From Candidatus Falkowbacteria bacterium (GTDB lineage: Bacteria > Patescibacteriota > Patescibacteriia > JAACEG01), in the NCBI GenBank assembly GCA_018651725.1, contig JABIDK010000014.1:70625-134624 (forward strand): a DNA stretch of 64,000 bases, in the 5' to 3' direction. This document shows positions 20,515-28,203 of the stretch, piece by piece. Position numbers and translations under genes: made by a program. Each line of letters begins with the position of its first letter. The first letter of the stretch is position 1. The notes below the pieces were generated by a model. That model had not been told where the DNA came from, searched no databases, and saw only the letters and a program-made list of their open reading frames with translations.

Positions 20515-21447
20515 ATGTCAACTCAAAATAAAATTCAAAAATTGATTACAGAGTTTTTAGAGTATTTAGAGATTGAACGGGGAGTGTCGCTTAAGACTAT
20601 CCGGAACTATAAGTTTTATTTGGAGAGGTTTGTTGGTTTTTTAGAAATTACTTCTCCTAGCCAAATTACTTTAGAGAGCGTGAAAAGATTTCGGCTTTGG
20701 CTAAACAGGCAGAAGAATTTTAAAGGTGATACTTTGAAGAAATCTACACAGAATTATCACTTGATTGCTATTCGAAATTTTTTAAAATATTTAGCTCGGT
20801 TAGATATAAAAAGTTTAGCTCCGGAAAAAATAGAACTATCAAAACTTGGTGAGCGAATAGTGGAGTTTTTAATAAAAGAAGATTTGGAGCGATTTTTAGA
20901 AGCTCCATTAAAAACAGATAACCTATCTATCATCAAAAAAAGAGATAAAGCGATCTTAGAACTGTTTTTTTCTACCGGACTTCGTGTTTCCGAACTTGCT
21001 AGTTTAACCAAAGAATCAATAAATTTAAAAAGAGACGAATTTACGATTCGAGGAAAGGGCGATAAACCTAGAATTGTTTTTTTATCTGAAGTAGCAAAAA
21101 AATATATTAAAGAGTATTTAGACATTAGGCCAGACATGAGCCCATATCTTTTTGTTCGTCACGATAAAGCTTCAAAGAGGATTCAGAACCAAGAAGATAA
21201 TTCTTTAACTCCAAGATCAATCGAAAGGTTAGTTCAAAAATACGCGCGTCTTGCCGGTATTACCAAAAAAGTGACTCCGCACACAATTCGGCACAGTTTT
21301 GCCACTGATTTATTATATAACGGAGCTGACATCAGAAGCGTGCAGTCTATGCTCGGGCACTCTTCAATCACAACAACTCAAATCTACACTCATATTACAA
21401 ACAGACAGTTAAAAGAAGTCCACAAAAAATTTCACGATAAAAAATAA
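20515..21447 (+). CDS. XerC/XerD-type tyrosine recombinase
   Basis: TGLRVSEL, GKGDK, HTIRHSFAT, LGHSSITTTQIY catalytic motifs; N-terminal SAM-like domain. Confidence 0.9.
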   Translation: MSTQNKIQKLITEFLEYLEIERGVSLKTIRNYKFYLERFVGFLEITSPSQITLESVKRFRLWLNRQKNFKGDTLKKSTQNYHLIAIRNFLKYLARLDIKSLAPEKIELSKLGERIVEFLIKEDLERFLEAPLKTDNLSIIKKRDKAILELFFSTGLRVSELASLTKESINLKRDEFTIRGKGDKPRIVFLSEVAKKYIKEYLDIRPDMSPYLFVRHDKASKRIQNQEDNSLTPRSIERLVQKYARLAGITKKVTPHTIRHSFATDLLYNGADIRSVQSMLGHSSITTTQIYTHITNRQLKEVHKKFHDKK

Positions 21448-21448
21448 G

Positions 21449-22288
21449 ATGAAACAAGCCTACTTTATTTTTACAATTTTAATTTGCTTGCCCCTTATCG
21501 GGGTTTTTATTTTTCAGAATAATAACTTTGATAAAGAGCTTGTTTTAATGTACGATGAATTACTTTTTGATTTTGAGAAGCTGGCGAAGACAAGCTTAAA
21601 GCCTGATCAGGTTTTAGATAAAAAAATTGAGAATACGTCCGAAGACGAAAACAAAAAAGATGAAAACATTAAAGAAAAAGAAGAAAAAATCGAGTTTGAA
21701 GTTTTACCAAATAAAATTCATTACAACGTTCCTTTTACCTCGCAAGCCCCATTTCGTGATTGGAGTTATCCGTGGCAAGAGTTTTGTGAGGAGGCAGCGG
21801 TTTTGATTACTATGAGATATTTTGATGGTCGGGGAATTAAAGATAAAGATGATGCTAATGATGCTTTGCAGGAAATTATGAAATGGGAAAATGAAAACCT
21901 TGGTTTTTATAAAGATACAACTGCGACAACAACTATGAAAATCATTACTGATTTTTACGAATATGATAATGTAGAATTAAGTCATGACACAACAATAGAA
22001 AAAATAAAACAAGAATTAGCTAAAGGTAATTTAATCATAATTCCAACGGCCGGGCGTAATTTGGAAAACCCATATTTTACTCCACCTGGACCGATTTATC
22101 ATAATTTAGTGTTAGTAGGCTACGATAATGAAAAACAAATTTTTTACACCAACGACCCCGGAATAATGAGCGGTAAAGATTTTAAGTACAGTTATAAAAA
22201 TATAATAGAATCAATAGCTGATTGGAGCTACGAGAAAGAAACTATTGATAAATCAAGAAAAGTTATGATAATTGTGCGAGGTGGTTAA
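21449..22288 (+). CDS. Membrane-anchored C39-like cysteine peptidase
   Basis: VPFTSQAP, CEEAA (Cys), YHNLVL (His), NDP; N-terminal TM. Confidence 0.75.
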   Translation: MKQAYFIFTILICLPLIGVFIFQNNNFDKELVLMYDELLFDFEKLAKTSLKPDQVLDKKIENTSEDENKKDENIKEKEEKIEFEVLPNKIHYNVPFTSQAPFRDWSYPWQEFCEEAAVLITMRYFDGRGIKDKDDANDALQEIMKWENENLGFYKDTTATTTMKIITDFYEYDNVELSHDTTIEKIKQELAKGNLIIIPTAGRNLENPYFTPPGPIYHNLVLVGYDNEKQIFYTNDPGIMSGKDFKYSYKNIIESIADWSYEKETIDKSRKVMIIVRGG

Positions 22289-22360
22289 AATATTTAAGTA
22301 TTGATTTTTTGAAATTATGTTGTATAGTTTTAATTAAGATGTTTAATAATAACTTCACAT

Positions 22361-24337
22361 ATGGAAAATCCAAATTTTTTAAAACAAAAATACAACTTAC
22401 ACAACACTCCGGAAGCAGATTCAGCCGCCAAAAGAACAAAAAAAAGAACAGGCGAAAAAGTTTCTCAAAAGCCGGGCGAGAAAATACAGAATTATTTAGA
22501 TAGATTCAATGAAATTATCGAACGCAAAGATCCGGACAAAAAAGAACGAGGCATTGGAGCGCTTAAAAGAATACTCCATAATAAATTTGTTCTTAAAGAG
22601 GATGAGATTCCGCAAACATATTACAATTTACAAGGCGAAATCGCCGTAGAGGAAGGCAGGACACAGGAGCTTATTGATAGTGGCGTAGAAATAGAAAATA
22701 AAAAAACTAAAAACAAGAAAGGTGAAGAAATTGAAGAAAAAGAATTTATTTTTCCAAATAAGATAAAAAAGGAATTATCAGAAGTCATTATTGCCGATCA
22801 AGAAAGCACTATGGATAACTGGATTGATTATTTATCATCAGATGATGCTCAATATCCTGATTGGCTTAAGTATTATGCTTTTCGAAATATGCTTAACTTA
22901 GGTAAATACGACAAGGAAAGAAAAAAGTTTCCGCCAAGAGAGCTTCCTGACCGCTCGGATAAGCCAAAGAAAAAAGAAAATTTAACCACCGCCCCTTTTC
23001 CCGACTTAAATCGTGAAGCCCTGGCTTATGTTTTGGATGCAATCGAAAAGAAGCATAAAAAAGAAGGCATTAACCTGGAATTCCAAGACGAAGAAGAAAA
23101 AAATAATTTTCAAAAAATACTTCAAGGAGAAAATTTTGCCAAGCTCTACGCCTGGGCGATTGAAAAAGTAACTCCGGCCTCACAAGAAGTCTTGGAAACC
23201 GTCAAGGGCAAATGGATAAAATACGACCAAGGCACAGATCATATGCCTTTGGTTAACTCTCTCCAGGGCCACGGCACTGGCTGGTGCACAGCCGGAGAAT
23301 CAACTGCTCGGACCCAATTACAAGGAGGAGATTTTTATGTTTTTTACTCTGAAGATGAAAATAATAATCCAATTATTCCTCGCGCCGCTATCAGAATGGA
23401 GGGGCAAAGCAAAATAGCCGAAGTAAGAGGCATTGCCCATGAGCAGAACTTAGACGCTCATATCACAGATACGGTTAAAGAAAAAGTGAGCGAATTCGGA
23501 GAAGAGGGCAAAAAATACGAGAAAAAATCAAAAGACATGAAGCACTTGACTGAAATAGAAAATAAAACTAAAAATAACCAAGAATTAACTAAGGATAATT
23601 TAATTTTTCTCTATGAGATAGATGACCCTATTGAAGGCTTTGGCTACCAAAGAGATCTAAGAATCGAAGAAATCCGAAAGATAAGAGACACGGAAAAAGA
23701 TGCATCTATTGTTTTTGAATGCGACTCAAATCAAATCGCCAAAAACATAAGCGAAATAAACGAAAACACCGAAGCCTATATCGGAGAGTGGGATCCAAGT
23801 ATCTATCAAGAAATCAGAAAATACCCAAACATCAAACATCTTTACGAATCTTTTCCGGATAAAAAGATATTCAAGATGAATTTGGAGACTGATCCAAGTA
23901 TCAATTCTCCTCAAACCGCCCTAGAAGCGCTGGAAGGCGAAAATATATATTTAACAAACTGGGCAAAGGATATTTTAAAAGAAACTAAGTTCAGTAAAGA
24001 AAAACAAAACCAAAACCACGAATTAGTCAGATTTACAGTTAAAGAGCTTGGATTTCCAAACGGAGCAACAACCAAAGAAATTTACGATAAACTAGAAGAG
24101 CTTGGGCTGGATCTTTGCCCAACTGAAACAGGACCACAGCTCAGGCTAAAGTATCCGGGCAAAGAGTGGATGTTGATTGCCATGGAACCGATTGCCGACT
24201 CCGATGGCGATCCGGACGTGTTCGATCTGCGCGGGGCTTACGGGCAGCTGGGGCTCCTTGCCCATGACGCTCGGCCCGGCGACAGGTGGCGTCCAGGCGA
24301 CAGGTTCGTCTTCCGTCCCCGCAAGTTGGATTCTTAG
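22361..24337 (+). CDS. DGR target protein; uncharacterised N-terminal region plus C-terminal variable domain (probably C-type-lectin-like)
   Basis: 658 aa; its last codons contain the VR; C-terminal RFVFRP motif typical of DGR targets; no signal peptide seen. Confidence 0.88.
   Translation: MENPNFLKQKYNLHNTPEADSAAKRTKKRTGEKVSQKPGEKIQNYLDRFNEIIERKDPDKKERGIGALKRILHNKFVLKEDEIPQTYYNLQGEIAVEEGRTQELIDSGVEIENKKTKNKKGEEIEEKEFIFPNKIKKELSEVIIADQESTMDNWIDYLSSDDAQYPDWLKYYAFRNMLNLGKYDKERKKFPPRELPDRSDKPKKKENLTTAPFPDLNREALAYVLDAIEKKHKKEGINLEFQDEEEKNNFQKILQGENFAKLYAWAIEKVTPASQEVLETVKGKWIKYDQGTDHMPLVNSLQGHGTGWCTAGESTARTQLQGGDFYVFYSEDENNNPIIPRAAIRMEGQSKIAEVRGIAHEQNLDAHITDTVKEKVSEFGEEGKKYEKKSKDMKHLTEIENKTKNNQELTKDNLIFLYEIDDPIEGFGYQRDLRIEEIRKIRDTEKDASIVFECDSNQIAKNISEINENTEAYIGEWDPSIYQEIRKYPNIKHLYESFPDKKIFKMNLETDPSINSPQTALEALEGENIYLTNWAKDILKETKFSKEKQNQNHELVRFTVKELGFPNGATTKEIYDKLEELGLDLCPTETGPQLRLKYPGKEWMLIAMEPIADSDGDPDVFDLRGAYGQLGLLAHDARPGDRWRPGDRFVFRPRKLDS
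24191..24326 (+). repeat. DGR variable repeat (VR)
   Basis: 136-bp ungapped copy of 24667-24802 with 22 mismatches, all opposite TR adenines. Confidence 0.96.
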
Positions 24338-24389
24338 AAACTTTGAACCTTTGTATTTTTTGAAATTTGGACACTTTGACATTTTTCCG

Positions 24390-24402
24390 CCGCCAGAGGC
24401 GG
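24390..24402 (+). other. Candidate DGR hairpin/cruciform downstream of VR
   Basis: CCGCC-AGA-GGCGG, about 64 bp after the VR; GC-rich in an AT-rich context. Confidence 0.5.
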
Positions 24403-24432
24403 TCGCTGTAATTTTTAAGATTGACGATATTT

Positions 24433-24441
24433 TGCTATAAT
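24433..24441 (+). promoter_or_regulatory. Extended -10 promoter element, candidate for TR-RNA transcription
   Basis: TG-C-TATAAT. Confidence 0.5.
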
Positions 24442-24666
24442 GAAATTAGCTTGATTTTATCAGGCGGTTACGGCTTCCTGAGATTTGGCTGGCAAATATG
24501 GATTTAGAGTGCAAGCGGCCATGGCTTTTTGCAGAGTGATTTATATTTTGTCTTTAAAAAAGAAATTAACTTTGTGTATCGCGCTAAGGCATTTAAGATG
24601 TCGGATAAAATACAGCCAGATCTTTTTTGCATCAGGTCGGCAGTGGCAAATGGAGGTGCGATATAC

Positions 24667-24802
24667 ATTACCGACTCCGATGGCGATCCGAACGTGTTCA
24701 ATCTGAACGAGAATAACGGGCAGCTGAAGCTCAATGCCAATGACGCTAAGCCCGGCAACAGGTGGAATCAAGGCAACAGGTTCGTCTTCCGTCCCCGAAA
24801 GT
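24667..24802 (+). repeat. DGR template repeat (TR)
   Basis: 39 adenines, 10 AAY codons in the VR reading frame; non-A positions identical to VR. Confidence 0.96.
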
Positions 24803-24813
24803 CGTTTCTTTTT

Positions 24814-24845
24814 CCGCGGTTACCTAAAATTGCGGTTTTTCTTTT
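24814..24845 (+). terminator. Hairpin plus U-tract just 3' of TR (candidate end of TR RNA)
   Basis: CCGCGGTT-ACCTAA-AATTGCGG-TTTTTCTTTT. Confidence 0.45.
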
Positions 24846-25224
24846 CAAAGTTTTTTAGACTATTTTTCCAACCCCCAAACATTTTACCGATTTCATCCAA
24901 CTTGAAAACAATTTCTTCATATTGTTTATTTGAAATAAATTTTGCTTCCCAAGCAACATGAATCAAAAATTTAAGCGTATCTAAAATAAGGATACACTTT
25001 GAAATTTTATCCATCTTCGTTTCTTTTTTAGAAAAATATGCGATATAGGAAATTTCAAGCAAATCAAGAAATTTATTTTCAATTCTAGCGCCAATGGTAA
25101 AGCGCGCAGTTTTCTTAATATGAGGAACAATATTAATCCAAATCAAATATCCCTCTTTGATGCGTTGCAAAATAGAAGATTTATCGAGAGAGAGAGAGAG
25201 AGAGAGAGTAAAAGGCTTCGCCAT
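24820..25224 (-). CDS. avd: DGR accessory variability determinant Avd (four-helix bundle), antisense orientation
   Basis: 134 aa, basic and helical; R(F)TIG.RI, LDTLKFLI, EIGKMFGGW motifs; lies between TR and RT. Confidence 0.85.
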   Translation of the reverse strand: MAKPFTLSLSLSLDKSSILQRIKEGYLIWINIVPHIKKTARFTIGARIENKFLDLLEISYIAYFSKKETKMDKISKCILILDTLKFLIHVAWEAKFISNKQYEEIVFKLDEIGKMFGGWKNSLKNFEKKNRNFR

Positions 25225-26193
25225 ATTTACAATAATATCATTTCTTTTGATAATTTGCTAATTTCCTGGCAGGAATTTTTGCGAGGGAAAAGAAAAAGAA
25301 AGGATGTCGCGGAATTTCAACTTAATTTTAGTGATAACGTTTTACAGCTTCATCATAATCTTCAAAATAAGACATATAATCATGGTGCTTACCAGGCGTT
25401 TAAAATAAACGATCCGAAGCCAAGAAATATCCATAAAGCTAGCGTGCGAGATCGGATGGTACATCACGCGATTTATAGAATTCTATATCCTTATTTTGAT
25501 AGAAAATTTATTTATGATTCTTATTCTTGTAGAATTAATAAAGGGACACATAGGGCAATAAATAGATTTCGGGATTTTAGCTATAAAGTTTCAAAAAATA
25601 ATATCCGTATTTGTTGGATTTTAAAATGCGACATCAAAAAATTTTTTGCCAGCATTGATCATAAAATTTTGAAAGATATTTTAGAAAAATATATAGCGGA
25701 CAAAAACGCTTTGTGGTTGCTCTTGCGAGTTATAGATAGTTTTAGCAGTAAAAATAAAATAGGAGTCGGCTTGCCGCTTGGAAATTTAACTTCACAACTT
25801 TTAGTAAATATTTATATGAACGAGTTTGACCAGTTTATGAAGCGTGAAATTAAAGCAAAATATTATATCCGCTATGCCGATGATTTTGTTATAATAAGTG
25901 AAAATAAAAAATATTTGGAGGATCTTATTCCAAAAATTTCAAAATTTCTTGAAGAAAAATTAAAGCTCTCACTTCATCCAAATAAATTATTTATCAAAAC
26001 GTTAAATTCCGGAGTTGATTTTTTGGGTTGGGTTAATTTTTCTTATCATCGGGTATTGAGGACGACAACAAAAAGGAGAATGATTAAAAAAGTTACATTG
26101 AAACATAATACGGAATCAATTGCTTCATATTTAGGAATGCTTTCGCATGGAGATGCTTATAAGCTTTCCGAAGAAATTTTATCTAATTTATAA
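25120..26193 (+). CDS. DGR reverse transcriptase
   Basis: RDRMVHHA, LKCDIKKFF, GLPLGNLTSQ (DGR-type), YIRYADD, GVDFLG; 357 aa with no maturase, endonuclease or RNase H domain. Confidence 0.95.
   Translation: MRNNINPNQISLFDALQNRRFIERERERESKRLRHIYNNIISFDNLLISWQEFLRGKRKRKDVAEFQLNFSDNVLQLHHNLQNKTYNHGAYQAFKINDPKPRNIHKASVRDRMVHHAIYRILYPYFDRKFIYDSYSCRINKGTHRAINRFRDFSYKVSKNNIRICWILKCDIKKFFASIDHKILKDILEKYIADKNALWLLLRVIDSFSSKNKIGVGLPLGNLTSQLLVNIYMNEFDQFMKREIKAKYYIRYADDFVIISENKKYLEDLIPKISKFLEEKLKLSLHPNKLFIKTLNSGVDFLGWVNFSYHRVLRTTTKRRMIKKVTLKHNTESIASYLGMLSHGDAYKLSEEILSNL
25186..25208. repeat. G(AG)11 dinucleotide microsatellite inside the RT/avd overlap
   Basis: GAGAGAGAGAGAGAGAGAGAGAG; encodes ERERERES on + and LSLSLSL on -. 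Confidence 0.95.
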
Positions 26194-26270
26194 TTAAAAT
26201 AAATTTATAATTGAAGTCAAAGCACCTCATTTTATTCGTTGATTAACAGATTTGGTCATATTAGTTGGTA

Positions 26271-26299
26271 TTGACATTTAGCTAAAATTGTGCTAAATT
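26271..26299 (+). promoter_or_regulatory. Promoter of tRNA-Arg
   Basis: TTGACA-17 bp-TAAATT with TG extension, 13 bp before the tRNA. Confidence 0.6.
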
Positions 26300-26312
26300 G
26301 TTTTTATTGTTT

Positions 26313-26384
26313 GCGCCCGTAGTTCAACGGATAGAACACCAGCCTTCTAAGCTGGTTATGGGGGTTCGATTCCCTCCGGGCGTA
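26313..26384 (+). tRNA. tRNA-Arg(TCT), CCA not encoded
   Basis: Acceptor GCGCCCG/CGGGCGT; anticodon arm CCAGC-CTTCTAA-GCTGG; T-loop GGTTCGATTCC. Confidence 0.93.
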
Positions 26385-26472
26385 CTGAGTATTTTATAAA
26401 ACGGTAGAGCGATAAGAATAACCACAAACCGTTGACTTTACATTTTATATTTTAGTGGTATACTTAATATGT

Positions 26473-26943
26473 ATGTCGCAAACAAAATGTAAAATTTGTC
26501 AAAAAGAGTTTTATATTAGGCCTAGTCGTTTAAAGATTGGTTGGGGAAAATATTGCTCAATTAAATGTAGAAACGTTTCACAGCGAACAGGACGATATCT
26601 TTTTTGCGCAGTATGTAAGAAGAAAATATGGAAAACTCCCAAAGAAGAAAGATGTTCAAAGAGCGGAAAATTTTTTTGTAATAAATCTTGTCAAACAAAA
26701 TGGAGAAATAAATATTATTCTAGAGAAAAACACCATTTTTGGATTAATGGTAAAAATGTTTATCGGACAATAATGTTAGAGCAAAAAGATAAGCCAGTTT
26801 GTAAAAAATGTAAAGTTAAAGATGTTAGAGTTTTAGTGGTTCATCACAAGGATCATGATAGGGAAAATAATAAAATAAATAATTTAATGTGGTTATGCAG
26901 AAATTGTCATCATTTAGTACATATTCACGATAAAAAAGTTTAA
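26473..26943 (+). CDS. Zinc-finger-repeat HNH endonuclease
   Basis: Repeated CxxC...(Y/F)CxxxC modules and C-terminal CKKC..VHHKD..NN..NL.WLCRNCHHLVH; ATG 26473 preferred over GTG 26455. Confidence 0.85.
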   Translation: MSQTKCKICQKEFYIRPSRLKIGWGKYCSIKCRNVSQRTGRYLFCAVCKKKIWKTPKEERCSKSGKFFCNKSCQTKWRNKYYSREKHHFWINGKNVYRTIMLEQKDKPVCKKCKVKDVRVLVVHHKDHDRENNKINNLMWLCRNCHHLVHIHDKKV

Positions 26944-26951
26944 TATATCAT

Positions 26952-27025
26952 GGCGGGGTTGGTGAAATTGGTTATCACTCGAGTTTGTGGTACTCGCGTC
27001 ACGGGTTCAAATCCCGTACCTCGCC
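26952..27025 (+). tRNA. tRNA-His(GTG) with encoded G-1
   Basis: G-GCGGGGT/ACCTCGC-C acceptor; anticodon arm CGAGT-TTGTGGT-ACTCG; GGTTCAAATCC. Confidence 0.92.
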
Positions 27026-27040
27026 CAGAATTTATAACAT

Positions 27041-27379
27041 ATGATTATTTTAAATTGGTTGATAATGGCTTTGTCAATTTTAATTGCAGCCTATATTGTG
27101 CCAGGGGTAACAATCAGTGGGATTTGGGCGGCTTTGTGGCTGGCGATATTTTTAGCTTTAGTTAATGTTATTTTAAAACCGCTTTTAATTTTAATAACTT
27201 TGCCGATTAATATTTTAACTTTAGGACTTTTTACTTTTGTTATAAATGCTTTGTTAATTTTATTATCATCAACTGTTATAAAAGGTTTTGAAGTTAGTGG
27301 ATTTTTAGCAGCAATATTATTTAGTATTTTGCTTTCAATTATTAGTTATATTTTAGGAGCTTTGATTAAGACAAAATAG
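27041..27379 (+). CDS. YvlD-like / phage holin family 4 membrane protein
   Basis: 4 TM; KPLLILITLPINILTLGLFTFVINA signature. Confidence 0.85.
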   Translation: MIILNWLIMALSILIAAYIVPGVTISGIWAALWLAIFLALVNVILKPLLILITLPINILTLGLFTFVINALLILLSSTVIKGFEVSGFLAAILFSILLSIISYILGALIKTK

Positions 27380-27438
27380 TTTTAAATATAGTTTATAGTA
27401 ATGTCCTTTTAAATTTAAGCATAAAACAGGAGGTTGTT

Positions 27439-28119
27439 ATGGATTGGCATAAAGCAGTAGATTTAGAAAAATTAAACAAATTAGCAGAAATTAATCCAGA
27501 AGGCTTTGAAAAAAAAGTAAAAGCTATTACTGATAAGTTTATCAGTAGTTGTGGTAGAGAGAGCAGAAAGATGTTAGTGGAAACACAGGTTAGAATAAAC
27601 AGTGGAAAGATTTTATACAAAGCTGATTTGCCGGACGATTTAAAAGAATTTGAAATTAAACGCAGGACGCTTATCGATGAATTACTTCAAGAAAATAAAA
27701 ACAAGGATGTTTTGCGTTCAGTTAACAAACTTCAAGTTGCTATTGATAACGGCCTTAATGAAGCCTTGTTTAATCTAGAGAGATTGGAAGAGCTGGCAGA
27801 AAGTGATTTAGATTTGTTTGAAAAAGAGAAAGAAATTTTAGTCCTGAGGTATATTTTATCTCAACCACAAGAAAAAAGACATAAGGCAAAACAATCTCAA
27901 TGGAAGATTGATGCTGTTTGCAAAACTGCAAAAAATCGTTTGGATCGTTTAGTGAAATTTCAAACATTGTTTTATAAAGGTGTTTATGGAGAGGGAGGCT
28001 TTGTTGATTCGTTGAAATCGTTTAGTCCTGTGAGCCAGAAATTTCAAGAATCAGCAACTAAAGTTGTTGCAGAAGAAAAGAAACAAAAAAGAAGAGCTCA
28101 CCTAACGGTAATGAAATAA
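27439..28119 (+). CDS. Hypothetical protein with internally repeated DUF3135-like helical modules
   Basis: LEKLNKLAEINPEGFEK...Q.RI and LERLEELAESDLDLFEK...QWKID repeats; SD AGGAGG. Confidence 0.55.
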   Translation: MDWHKAVDLEKLNKLAEINPEGFEKKVKAITDKFISSCGRESRKMLVETQVRINSGKILYKADLPDDLKEFEIKRRTLIDELLQENKNKDVLRSVNKLQVAIDNGLNEALFNLERLEELAESDLDLFEKEKEILVLRYILSQPQEKRHKAKQSQWKIDAVCKTAKNRLDRLVKFQTLFYKGVYGEGGFVDSLKSFSPVSQKFQESATKVVAEEKKQKRRAHLTVMK

Positions 28120-28134
28120 TAGAACGCTTAATTT

Positions 28135-28167
28135 AACCGTCAAGACGAAAAGTTTTGGCGGTTTTTT
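28135..28167 (+). terminator. Rho-independent terminator
   Basis: AACCGTCAAGAC-GAAAA-GTTTTGGCGGTTTTTT. Confidence 0.75.
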
Positions 28168-28203
28168 CATTGCCTAAATTTTTTTAGATGATAATATTAA
28201 ATT

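Larger units (their letters stand above)
22361..26193 (+). mobile_element. Diversity-generating retroelement cassette: target(VR) - TR - avd(antisense) - RT
   Basis: All core components present, with A-specific TR/VR divergence. Confidence 0.95.

Noticed and set aside
24529-24858. 109-aa ORF spanning the TR (and overlapping short ORFs at 24141-24961)
   Set aside because: Open frame is expected because TR is a copy of the target's coding 3' end; weak TTG start and no SD. TR most likely acts as RNA.
25120-26193. RT as a group II intron, retron or CRISPR-associated RT
   Set aside because: No maturase/En domain, no VTG retron motif, no cas genes; the adjacent TR/VR pair and Avd identify it as a DGR RT.
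26950-27165. 71-aa ORF
   Set aside because: Overlaps tRNA-His and the YvlD-like gene; spurious.
20515-27379. Prophage or integrative element bounded by the recombinase and tRNAs, including the 'holin'
   Set aside because: The recombinase looks like housekeeping XerC/D in an operon with argS; the YvlD-like protein is a common chromosomal gene; no phage structural genes and no att-like duplication of tRNA 3' ends were seen.
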